Assembly: GCA_041664165.1 (NCBI GenBank)
Contig: JBAYLH010000004.1
Span: 11,974-75,973 of the forward strand
Length of the DNA: 64,000 bases
Direction: 5' to 3'
Origin: Candidatus Buchananbacteria bacterium
Lineage (GTDB): Bacteria; Patescibacteriota; Patescibacteriia; Buchananbacterales; UBA6539
In this document: piece after piece, positions 1 to 8,449 of the stretch
Position numbering within the stretch: the stretch's first letter is position 1
Layout of the letters: every line of letters begins with the position of its first letter
Program-made: the position numbers and the translations under genes
The notes under the pieces: generated by a model
Database searches by the model: none
The model's input: the letters and a program-made list of their open reading frames with translations, nothing else
What the model was told of the DNA's origin: nothing

Positions 1-973
1 AACTTCGGCTATAAGTCGGGGTATATTTAGTTAGAACCCGGCCATAACGAACTTTGGCTTCATTGGCGTAGCCAATAGCATGGCCAGTGCCGGAGTCAGG
101 TACGCCAGCGACAATGTCAATTTCAACACTGTCTCTTTTGGCCAAAGCTGCCCCGCAGCGGTAACGAACCGTTTCAACCTGTTTGCCTTCATATTCGGCG
201 GCCGGGTAACCAGTATAAATCCAGAAGAAACAACAAATGCGGCAGTTGCACTTATCTCCTTCCTGGAGAACTCTTGGTCCAGCTTCGGTGATTTCTAGAA
301 TTTCTCCAGGCTTGAAACAGCGCGTTGGCTGATATCCAAGGTTATACAAGGCACAACTTTCCGTGGTAATGGCATAACCGCCGGGTTTTTCGCCGAAGCA
401 AAGTGGACTGACACCATAACGATCACGGGCAGCAATTAAGCGGCCATCTTCAGCCAAAATCATCAGCGATATCGAGCCGTCGATCTGTGACCAAAGATTA
501 TTGATGCCGGTAACGAAGTCCTGACCTTGGCAGATTAACCGGGCGACAACTTCGGTGCTGTTGATTTTCGTGCCGTTAGTTCCAATCAGTGGTGCTGTTT
601 GGCGTAGTCTTTCAACTAGTTCTTCCAGGTTATTGATTAAACCCATAGTGACGATGGCAAAAGTGCCAAAGGCAGAGTCAACGATTACCGGTTGGGCATC
701 ATGGTCGGAAATAACCCCAATGCCGAGCTTGGCGTCTTTGACTGGATTGCCAAATTTGAGGGTATTCGTTAAAGTGGTGATGTCTTTTTCGAAACGATCC
801 TTAAATTGGGCACCGGCGCTAATATCATGAATCTTGCGCCAGAGTTGGCCGCCGGTTACAAAAGTCATTCCAGCCCGTTGGCTTCCTAAATGGGAATGAT
901 AATCCGTTCCATAAACGACATCCAGGATACAAGTTCTGGTATCTTGATGTGAAACACCAAAGATTCCACTCAT
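1..973 (-). CDS. purF: Amidophosphoribosyltransferase-like protein (PurF variant), truncated by the window start
   Basis: Not in the ORF track; translated by hand from ATG at 973 with AAGGAG RBS at 981-986: MSGIFGVSHQ...YGTDYHSHLG...AARDRYGVSPL...CCFFWIYTGYP...VAGVPDSGTGHAIGYA. These are Ntn glutaminase plus PRTase motifs. Confidence 0.85.
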   Translation of the reverse strand, partial: MSGIFGVSHQDTRTCILDVVYGTDYHSHLGSQRAGMTFVTGGQLWRKIHDISAGAQFKDRFEKDITTLTNTLKFGNPVKDAKLGIGVISDHDAQPVIVDSAFGTFAIVTMGLINNLEELVERLRQTAPLIGTNGTKINSTEVVARLICQGQDFVTGINNLWSQIDGSISLMILAEDGRLIAARDRYGVSPLCFGEKPGGYAITTESCALYNLGYQPTRCFKPGEILEITEAGPRVLQEGDKCNCRICCFFWIYTGYPAAEYEGKQVETVRYRCGAALAKRDSVEIDIVAGVPDSGTGHAIGYANEAKVRYGRVLTKYTPTYSRS

Positions 974-1074
974 CGTTTTTCTCCTTGTCCTTTACCTGAT
1001 TACGTTAATGCCAAAAGTGAAAAGAGCGAGTTCCCTCGCGCTGGTATTTTACTGCTTTAATTTTTAGCTGTCAA

Positions 1075-2565
1075 TCAAAGTAATTTGGAAATATAGTAAT
1101 CAACCGGAGCAAACTCATCAGTTAAAATTTTAACCCCAGCATCAATTTTAATTTCATTTGTCCATAAATGACTGACTAATTCTTTTTGGATATCCGATGA
1201 CTTATCCAGCAGTTCTTGTTTAGTCAGCCGGCTTTGATTTTTTGAAGCGATAATAACTATATTCTGACTTTTTTCAGTATTCGTACCGTCATAGTAATGA
1301 GCGGGAAAAATATAGATTTGTGGAAAGAATTGTTTCAAAGTAAGGTATTCGGCCTGAAAAAAAATTGATTTTTCGCCACTCAGCGAAGAAATCAAATTTA
1401 AAACCAAAATACCATTATCCGACAAAGACTGATAAATTTTTTCGACGGTTTCTTCGGTGGTCAGCTGAAAAGGAATTGAGTAATAAGAAGCAAAAGCGTC
1501 GCCGTAAATGATATCGTAAGTAGTTTTGTTTTGGTTCAAAAATAGCCGGCCGTCTTGGTGATAAATTTTTAGTCGCGGGTCATCGGCTAGCTGAAAATAT
1601 TTTTTCGCCACCTCGGTTACTTTCGGGTCAATTTCCACTACGGTCATTTCGGCTTCAGGGTAGCGGCTTAAAAAATTAACCGGTGCGACATAAGCGCCGC
1701 CGCCCAAAGTTAAAGCCTTTTTTATCTGCGGCTGAAAAAGATTATCTAAAAGGTAAAACTGTTCATATTTAGAAAATAAATTTGGCGAATTTTTGTAGAT
1801 GATTGAATGAGTCTCGGTTGCTAAGTATAAAATCCGGATCGGTATCTTGTCAGTGCCATAAAATTTATCAGCGACTCGGATGTGGTTATAAGCGCTGTCG
1901 GTTTCAAAAATGTAGGGCGAAGGGATGGTTTGAAAAATTAGCCAAACTAAGCCAATAAAAACCAAGGCCGCAATTTTTAGTTTAAATTTGCCGGATAAAA
2001 GCGAGCTTAAAATTAAAATTAAGCTCAAGCCGAAAAGGATTTGAGTGCTGCCGAAAGCGGGAATTAAATAAAACCCGGCCAAAAAAGTGCCGGCAATACT
2101 GCCCAAAGTTGACAAAGCATAGAGATTTCCGGCGACTTCCCCGGAACCTTGAATATTTTCGATTTTTAGCCTGATCGCATAGGGAGAAACCATGCCTAAA
2201 ATTACGCTCGGTAAGGCAAAAAGCAGTAAAGTTGCTGAAATTGAGCCAAATTTTACCCCCTGAGCCATGGCAAAATTTAAGACCGGCTGTTTGATTAAAG
2301 TGATTAGTAGAATCGAGATGCCGCCAAAAAATAAAATTTTAGCTAAAATCGACAGTTGGGGATTTTTTTCTGAAATTTGCCCGCCTAAATAATAGCCGAG
2401 ACTCAAGGAACCCAAAATTATGCCAATCAGCGAAGCCCAAACAAAAATTGAAGTTCCCAAGTAAGGCGCTAGAATTCTTGAGCCGATGAGTTCTAAAATC
2501 ATCACCGCCGCGCCGGAGACAAAGATAATCGCATTAAGGCTTTGATTTTTATATTTTTCGTTCAT
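1075..2565 (-). CDS. Fused MFS-like membrane domain / spermidine synthase-like methyltransferase
   Basis: N-terminal TM helices (SGAAVMILEL...RILAPYLG); C-terminal SAM-binding LGGGAY, VEIDP and DIIYGDAF motifs. Confidence 0.85.
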   Translation of the reverse strand: MNEKYKNQSLNAIIFVSGAAVMILELIGSRILAPYLGTSIFVWASLIGIILGSLSLGYYLGGQISEKNPQLSILAKILFFGGISILLITLIKQPVLNFAMAQGVKFGSISATLLLFALPSVILGMVSPYAIRLKIENIQGSGEVAGNLYALSTLGSIAGTFLAGFYLIPAFGSTQILFGLSLILILSSLLSGKFKLKIAALVFIGLVWLIFQTIPSPYIFETDSAYNHIRVADKFYGTDKIPIRILYLATETHSIIYKNSPNLFSKYEQFYLLDNLFQPQIKKALTLGGGAYVAPVNFLSRYPEAEMTVVEIDPKVTEVAKKYFQLADDPRLKIYHQDGRLFLNQNKTTYDIIYGDAFASYYSIPFQLTTEETVEKIYQSLSDNGILVLNLISSLSGEKSIFFQAEYLTLKQFFPQIYIFPAHYYDGTNTEKSQNIVIIASKNQSRLTKQELLDKSSDIQKELVSHLWTNEIKIDAGVKILTDEFAPVDYYISKLL

Positions 2566-2598
2566 TATTAGGTTATTAATTTCAACAGTTGCTATTTT

Positions 2599-3717
2599 TT
2601 ATGCCGCGCCGGAGAAAAAAATGGTTAAAATGATGATTATTAAAATTAAAATAATCGCCAGCAGCAGAAAAATCATTTTGATTTTATTGGTTTTATCTTT
2701 GAACCGATAAACTAAAACCAAGCCAATCGCCAAAGCGATCATAAATAAGGTCAATAAAAGCAAGGCAATAACTTTGCCTTTTGATTGCAGAAAAAGAGAA
2801 GTAATGCCGAAAGCCGTAGTTAGAAAATAGAGAAAAACTACCGCTTGCCTTTGGGTCAAGCCGATGTCTAAAAGTCGGAAGTGAAGATGCTTGGCGTCCG
2901 GTTTGGTCGGCGACGAGCCTTGCCAGATTCGGCGGCCAATAACCCAGATGACGTCTAAAATCGGTATGCCCATAATTAAAAGCGCGGTGGCAATTTTTGA
3001 ACCGGAAATAATCGCCAAAATCCCCAGCATGAAGCCGCAAAAAACGCTGCCGCCTTCGCCGAGAAAAATTTTTGCCGGATGCCAGTTAAAAGCCAAAAAA
3101 CCCAGGCAGCTGCCGGCTAAAATTAAAGCTAAAACGGAAGTGCCAGATCCGGCAACATCCCAGGATAAACTGACGATAAAAATAATCAGCGAGCCGATCG
3201 CGGTGACGCCGGCGGCCAAACCGTCCAGTCCGTCTAAAAATTTTGTCGTATAAACCATGCCCAGCAGCCAAAAGAAAGTGAGAAATAAACCCAGTTCGAC
3301 TGGGAATTTTAAAACGCCGCCCAAAGGGTTAGTGATGAATTGAATTCTGACGCCGGCCGCGATTACCAAAATAATCGCCATAAGCGGAAAAATAAACTGC
3401 CGGCTCGGCTTTAAGCTATACTTATCGTCAAGAAAACCGCCGATCATTAAAATTAAGCCGGCGGCTAAAATCGCTAAAATATGGAGGTTAGTGATTTTGG
3501 CATCGCTAATGTAGCCAAAATACCAAAAAATAACGGTCGTAACCGTAAAGGCTAAAAAAACCGCCAAACCGCCAAGCAGCGGAATCGGTTTGGAGTGGAT
3601 TTTACGCGGCGCCGGGGAATCAACAATTTTATTGGTCTGGGCGATAATTCTGATCAGCGGCGTAAAAAATAAGGCAAAAATTGTCGCCAGAAAAAACGGG
3701 GCTAAATAAAACGTCAT
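2599..3717 (-). CDS. Undecaprenyl-phosphate GlcNAc-1-phosphate transferase (WecA/TagO, MraY family)
   Basis: RKIH..P.PLLGG, GFLDD, DGLDGLA, FNWHPAKIFLGEGGS and HLHFRL motifs. Confidence 0.9.
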   Translation of the reverse strand: MTFYLAPFFLATIFALFFTPLIRIIAQTNKIVDSPAPRKIHSKPIPLLGGLAVFLAFTVTTVIFWYFGYISDAKITNLHILAILAAGLILMIGGFLDDKYSLKPSRQFIFPLMAIILVIAAGVRIQFITNPLGGVLKFPVELGLFLTFFWLLGMVYTTKFLDGLDGLAAGVTAIGSLIIFIVSLSWDVAGSGTSVLALILAGSCLGFLAFNWHPAKIFLGEGGSVFCGFMLGILAIISGSKIATALLIMGIPILDVIWVIGRRIWQGSSPTKPDAKHLHFRLLDIGLTQRQAVVFLYFLTTAFGITSLFLQSKGKVIALLLLTLFMIALAIGLVLVYRFKDKTNKIKMIFLLLAIILILIIIILTIFFSGAA

Positions 3718-3729
3718 TATTTTTTCTTA

Positions 3730-6483
3730 TTATATTTCAGAGGCTTTGATAATCCTAATTTTGCCGCCGGCATCCAAAGAAACAGTGTCACGGCGATTAA
3801 TCTGGCCGGCAATTAAAAAATTGGCTAGCGGATCTTGAACTTTTTCCTGAATTAACCGGCGCAAAGGCCGGGCGCCGAATTCCGGGTCAAAGCCTTCGCT
3901 GGCTAATTCGGCCAAGGCTTGAGGGGAAGCGATTAAACCAATCCCCTTTTCGGAGAGATTTTTTCGGACTTTATTAAGCATTAAGCTGGCAATTTTTTGG
4001 ACGTCTTCCAGGCTCAGCGGTTTAAAGACAATTACGCCGTCAAACCGATTTAAAAATTCCGGCCGGAAGTACTGATTTAATTCCTTTTCAATCAGCGTTT
4101 GTTTGATTTGTTCAAGCGGAATATTTTGTTTGACCATTTCCTGAATTGATTTGGTGCCGGCATTGGAAGTGGCGATGATAATTGCGTTAGTAAAATCAAT
4201 CGTTTTCCCGCCGCTGTCAGTCAGCCGGCCGTCATCCATAATCTGTAAAAAGATATTTAAAATGTCAGGGTGAGCTTTTTCGATTTCATCAAGTAAAACC
4301 AAGGCAAATGGATTTTTTCGGACGGCTTCGGAAAAATAGCCGCCTTCTTCGGTCGTGCCGATTAAACGGTTAATACTGTTTTTTTCCTGATATTCGGACA
4401 TATCCAGCCGAATCATATTCTCTTCCGCGCCAAAATAAACTGCCGCCACGGTTTTAGCCAGTTCGGTTTTACCGACGCCGGTCGGTCCCAAAAAGAGTAA
4501 ATTAACGATTGGCCGTTTGAGATCGCGCATTTCGGCTCTGGCTCGCCGCAGACTGGCCGCCACCATGGCCACGGCTTCTTGCTGGTCAACCATTCTTTCG
4601 TGAATTTTATCTTCCAAATTAAGCAATTTTTCCGACTCTTCCTCGGTGATTTTGGTCAGCGGAATATTGGTTTTTTCCGAAATAATTAAAGCTACGTCGT
4701 TGGCGGCAATTAGAGAATTTTTCCCTTTTTGGTCGTGAGATCTAGCGGCGACTTCCTGCATAATCTGAATCGCCTTTTCCGGCAAAAAGCGGTCATGCAA
4801 ATAGCGGTCAGAAAGTTTTACCGCTTCTTCGATGGCATCGTAAGAGAAAAAGACCTGATTATGATATTCAATGGCGCCGGCTTTGGCTTCTAAAATTTGA
4901 ATGGCTTCGTTGCCGGAAACTTCTTCAACATTGATTTTTTCCAAGGAATTATCAAGCGAGCTTTTGCCTTCAAGGTAGCGGTGATAATCGCCGGGGGTAG
5001 TCGTGGTTAAGCACAAAATTGAATTATTAGCCAAAGCCTGAGCTAAAACATCCGCCAAATCAATACTGCCCTGCCGGCCGGCGGTAATGCCGATCATATT
5101 ATGAATATCGCCGATATATAAAATTATATTGCCGGATCGCCGAATTTCACTGAGGATTATTAATAATCGCTGCTGGGCTTCGGCCGGGCTGACGCCGCTG
5201 ACTAATTTGGCAACGCTTAAGCTGACTAAGCGCTTATCTTGCAAAAATTTCGGGACGTTTTCTTCGACCATGCTTTGAGCTAAGCCTTCGATGATGGAAT
5301 TTTTTCCGACGCCGGGGTTGCCGACTAAAATTACGCTGCGCCGGGTGCCGCCGGACATGATATTGAAAATGGATGCGATTTCTTTTTCCCGGCCGACGCA
5401 GGGCACTAAATAGCCGGCCTGGGCCAGTAAAGTCAAATCTTGGCTGAAAGTATCCAAAGCCGGCGTGGCAATCGCGGTCATTGACCGATTCATGGTATTT
5501 TTCGGCCGCAAGCCGGCTCGGCCTCGGAAATGCTGCCAGTTTTCCCGCAGCTGCCGCCTGATCCGTAGCCAGGCGATGACATTGGTAATTTTATCCAAAG
5601 TGATGTCGATATCGTAAAGCACTTCCTTAACTTCGTTATCTTGATTAGCCAAAGCTTCTAAAAGTTCGGTGATGTCAACTTTTTTTTGCCGCAGCTGGTA
5701 AGCCAAAAAATAGGCTTGAAAGATTATTTCTTTGATTTTATTGCTTAAAATCGCCGGTAATTCCGATTTTAGCGGCTGCTTCGCCAAAATTTTGGCAATT
5801 TTAGATTTTAAAGCCGAAAAAGAAACCCCAAGCCGGGAAAAAATTATTTGCGTCTGCTCAAAAGTCAGCAAAGCGACCAAAAGATGAATGGGATTAGTTT
5901 TTTCGTCATCGTAGCGGTTGGTTAACTGCCAGGCTTTAGTGATGGCCAAACTGGCTTCAGGGGTAAAATAAGGAGTGATATCGATTTTTTTATTTTTCGG
6001 CAATTGCTTGAATTCTTGCCAGCTGATCGGTTTTAAAATCAAATTTTCCGCCTCGAATTTTCTTTTTGGAATATGCTTGATTTTTTCCAATTCTCTTTGA
6101 AAGCGATAAAACAGGTAGCAATTGGAAAGCATGGAAAGCCAGAAAATAAAAAGTTGCCAGTTATGGATTAAAAAAACATACCAAACCGGAATTTTTTGTT
6201 CCACGGCGGCAAATAAAACCCAGCCAAACATTAAAACTCCCAAAACGCCAAAAAGGATTAAAGTCAAATTAATAACGTTTTTGACGAATAATTTGACTTG
6301 ATCCTGGGTAATCTGCAAGAAGTTGATTTTTTTGCCCCAATAAATTATTTCGCTGCCGGTCCAGGCGACTAAACCCAGCCCGTCGCACTCAATGCAGTTT
6401 TTTCTGTCAATTTTGCCGTTGCCTTGGCAATTAGGGCAAACTAAAATTTGCAGCTGTGATTTTTCCGGTTTGACTTCCGCCAT
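3730..6483 (-). CDS. Membrane-anchored Clp/Hsp100 double-AAA+ ATPase with N-terminal CxxCxGxG zinc finger
   Basis: CPNCQGNG/CIECDGLG, two TM segments, Clp-N repeats, Walker A GNPGVGKN and GPTGVGKTE, LLDEIEKAH, FRPEFLNR, GARPLRR. Confidence 0.9.
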   Translation of the reverse strand: MAEVKPEKSQLQILVCPNCQGNGKIDRKNCIECDGLGLVAWTGSEIIYWGKKINFLQITQDQVKLFVKNVINLTLILFGVLGVLMFGWVLFAAVEQKIPVWYVFLIHNWQLFIFWLSMLSNCYLFYRFQRELEKIKHIPKRKFEAENLILKPISWQEFKQLPKNKKIDITPYFTPEASLAITKAWQLTNRYDDEKTNPIHLLVALLTFEQTQIIFSRLGVSFSALKSKIAKILAKQPLKSELPAILSNKIKEIIFQAYFLAYQLRQKKVDITELLEALANQDNEVKEVLYDIDITLDKITNVIAWLRIRRQLRENWQHFRGRAGLRPKNTMNRSMTAIATPALDTFSQDLTLLAQAGYLVPCVGREKEIASIFNIMSGGTRRSVILVGNPGVGKNSIIEGLAQSMVEENVPKFLQDKRLVSLSVAKLVSGVSPAEAQQRLLIILSEIRRSGNIILYIGDIHNMIGITAGRQGSIDLADVLAQALANNSILCLTTTTPGDYHRYLEGKSSLDNSLEKINVEEVSGNEAIQILEAKAGAIEYHNQVFFSYDAIEEAVKLSDRYLHDRFLPEKAIQIMQEVAARSHDQKGKNSLIAANDVALIISEKTNIPLTKITEEESEKLLNLEDKIHERMVDQQEAVAMVAASLRRARAEMRDLKRPIVNLLFLGPTGVGKTELAKTVAAVYFGAEENMIRLDMSEYQEKNSINRLIGTTEEGGYFSEAVRKNPFALVLLDEIEKAHPDILNIFLQIMDDGRLTDSGGKTIDFTNAIIIATSNAGTKSIQEMVKQNIPLEQIKQTLIEKELNQYFRPEFLNRFDGVIVFKPLSLEDVQKIASLMLNKVRKNLSEKGIGLIASPQALAELASEGFDPEFGARPLRRLIQEKVQDPLANFLIAGQINRRDTVSLDAGGKIRIIKASEI

Positions 6484-6485
6484 GG

Positions 6486-6860
6486 TTAGAATAAGCCGAT
6501 AAAATTATTAAATATTTCATAGCCGATTATGACTGGCAAAATCAACCAAAACAAAAACAGGCAAAAAATCAGTATGGCCCAGACAAAAAGCAGAATCGTC
6601 CGGGCGATAATCTGAACGAGACGGATAAAAAAACTGATAATTCGGCCTTCAATGTCATATTGGCCGAACATCGGCGTAAAAAGATTTTTTGCCCAAACCG
6701 CCAGGCCAAGCCGTTCTTGCTGACCCTCAATTTCATTAAGGCAGTAAGCAGCGGTTTTAATCAGTCCCTTGGTGTACCACCAAATCGGCCAATACAAAAT
6801 ATCGCCGATTAAGTCGATAGCGACGTACTTGAAGCTGGTAAAGGCGAGGTTATTTGTCAT
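6486..6860 (-). CDS. Hypothetical membrane protein, directly upstream of the Clp ATPase
   Basis: 124-aa ORF with YWPIWWY motif and hydrophobic C-terminus; 2-nt gap to the clp gene. Confidence 0.75.
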   Translation of the reverse strand: MTNNLAFTSFKYVAIDLIGDILYWPIWWYTKGLIKTAAYCLNEIEGQQERLGLAVWAKNLFTPMFGQYDIEGRIISFFIRLVQIIARTILLFVWAILIFCLFLFWLILPVIIGYEIFNNFIGLF

Positions 6861-6927
6861 ATTTTAGTTAGTATCTTGACATTAATTATAACATAAAATT
6901 ATTTAAATAAAAATATGAGTTGAAGAT

Positions 6928-7143
6928 AAAAAAAAGAGCCCGCTTTGATGTATCCATACATTTAGGCAGGCTAGAAATGTTTCTGCATTGTTGCTTGGGG
7001 CCTCAAGTTTTAAGAGCTGACAAATCGGCATGCCTGCCTTGTCCTCCCAAGATAGGAGGAAACGACTCAGCTGAGTCTCTTTTGCCGCTCATTGCATGGG
7101 CAGGGGTACGCCATTTGGCGCTACCCGGGCAGAACATTTCGTG
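6928..7143 (-). ncRNA. Candidate orphan structured RNA (~215 nt)
   Basis: Own promoter; closing helix GAAATGTTCTGC/GCAGAAACATTTC; several internal hairpins; hairpin plus U-tract at the 3' end; no convincing ORF. Confidence 0.5.
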
Positions 7144-7149
7144 GTGATA

Positions 7150-7178
7150 ACTTTATATCAAAAATGAATATCTGTCAA
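7150..7178 (-). promoter_or_regulatory. Sigma70-type promoter
   Basis: TTGACA (7173-7178), 17-nt spacer, TAAAGT (7150-7155). Confidence 0.7.
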
Positions 7179-7180
7179 CT

Positions 7181-7504
7181 TTAAGTAATCGCGAAAAGTT
7201 TGTTAAATTCTTTTTTTATCTCTTCTTTTATCCTTTCTTCGGAAAAAAAAGTCGTAACAATTCCCGGCAGATCGCTTTCGCCGATTACTTCTTGGTCGGT
7301 TACAATAACCGTTCCGGAAAAATCAATCGTCAAAAATAGCTTTTCAACCGTGAACGAAAAACGCATGAAATTATCTTGCCAGCTTTTTTGCGGGTCAACT
7401 ACCGTCAGACCGGAAAAATTTCTGCCAATCAGTTCGTTGAGTTTATCGTCAATTTTTTGAATTGCCCCGGCTTGAGTGGTTTGGTGCAAAAGCGTGAGTT
7501 TCAT
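7181..7504 (-). CDS. Polyhydroxyalkanoic acid system family protein (probable start ATG 7504)
   Basis: MKLTLLHQTTQAGAIQKID...W...FSF...GTVIV...LP pattern; the longer ORF-track start overlaps the neighbouring gene. Confidence 0.65.
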   Translation of the reverse strand: MKLTLLHQTTQAGAIQKIDDKLNELIGRNFSGLTVVDPQKSWQDNFMRFSFTVEKLFLTIDFSGTVIVTDQEVIGESDLPGIVTTFFSEERIKEEIKKEFNKLFAIT

Positions 7505-7532
7505 ATTTTTTATAATTATTAATGACAATTCT

Positions 7533-8081
7533 TTACTTATACCACTGGCACTCTTCTGCCACGCAGCCGCAGCTAACGCCATATTTTGTCTGGTCGTAGC
7601 AATCCGTCCATTCGCAAGTGCTGACTTCGCCGTTATTGGCCAAACCACAAATTTGGCCGGAGCAACCGGTGGCAGCGCAATCGGCATCAGTCTGGCATTT
7701 AGCTTTAGTTGAACGGCCGCAAAAGCCATTAAGATTAGTGGTAATTTTTTCCGCCTTGTTGTCTTGGCAATCAATGGCGCAGTTACATTTATCTTCTTTA
7801 TTTTTTACATCACAAACGCCATTGCCGCAATTGCTGCAGACGCCGATATCGCCTGGAGGGTTTGAGGCCTTACAATCGCCATTGTAACCAATATTATACA
7901 TCGGTTTTAAGCTGCCGCAGCAAGTAGCAGGTAAAAAATCATCATTCAGCCTCGTTTGTTCCCCTTCTTTGGCACAAACATCGTTACTCGCTTGATTATT
8001 ATTTATAATTGGTTTTTGAGTGCAACTGCTTAAAATGAATAAGCTGATGATAAAAGCAGAAAGCAAAAATGTTTTTTTCAT
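7533..8081 (-). CDS. Cys-rich lipoprotein with eight-cysteine-cluster domain
   Basis: Lipobox LSSC; C-terminal FCGRST..C.TD.DC..TGCSGQIC...STCEW..CY...CGCV...CQW. Confidence 0.8.
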   Translation of the reverse strand: MKKTFLLSAFIISLFILSSCTQKPIINNNQASNDVCAKEGEQTRLNDDFLPATCCGSLKPMYNIGYNGDCKASNPPGDIGVCSNCGNGVCDVKNKEDKCNCAIDCQDNKAEKITTNLNGFCGRSTKAKCQTDADCAATGCSGQICGLANNGEVSTCEWTDCYDQTKYGVSCGCVAEECQWYK

Positions 8082-8449
8082 AATTTTTCTTTTTTAATCG
8101 CCTGCCTAATTTCAGACATTAAAGTTAAATAAAAACTAAGATTATTCAGCGTTGCCAATCTCATGCCTAGCGGCTCGTTAGTATTGAGATTTCTTCCTTC
8201 TTATTACCATACCGACAATACCAATAATAACCGCAAGTAGCCCTAGTAGTTGGCCGCCAGGGCTATCGTCATATTCACCGTATACAAACATAAACACCCC
8301 AAACAATATGACGATAATTAATCCCGCTTTAGACTTATACCACTTCATAATTTCCCTTTTTTAATCGCCTGCCTAATTTCAGACATTAAGGTTAAATAAA
8401 AACTAAGATTATTCAGCGTTGCCAATCTCATGCCTAGCGGCTCGTTAGT
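8077..8449. repeat. 106-bp direct repeat of the tgt 3' end (8077-8182 and 8344-8449)
   Basis: Aligned by eye: offset 267 bp, 3 mismatches. Confidence 0.95.
8178..8348 (-). CDS. 56-aa two-TM membrane protein with DDSPG motif
   Basis: Hand translation MKWYKSKAGLIIVILFGVFMFVYGEYDDSPGGQLLGLLAVIIGIVGMVIRRKKSQY; ATG overlaps the tgt TGA (ATGA). Confidence 0.75.
   Translation of the reverse strand: MKWYKSKAGLIIVILFGVFMFVYGEYDDSPGGQLLGLLAVIIGIVGMVIRRKKSQY

Noticed and set aside
6920-7147. 75-aa plus-strand ORF
   Set aside because: TTG start without RBS, antisense to a promoter-terminator-bounded structured unit.
7505-7774. N-terminal extension of the 197-aa ORF
   Set aside because: Overlaps the Cys-rich lipoprotein in another frame; ATG 7504 gives a typical family length.
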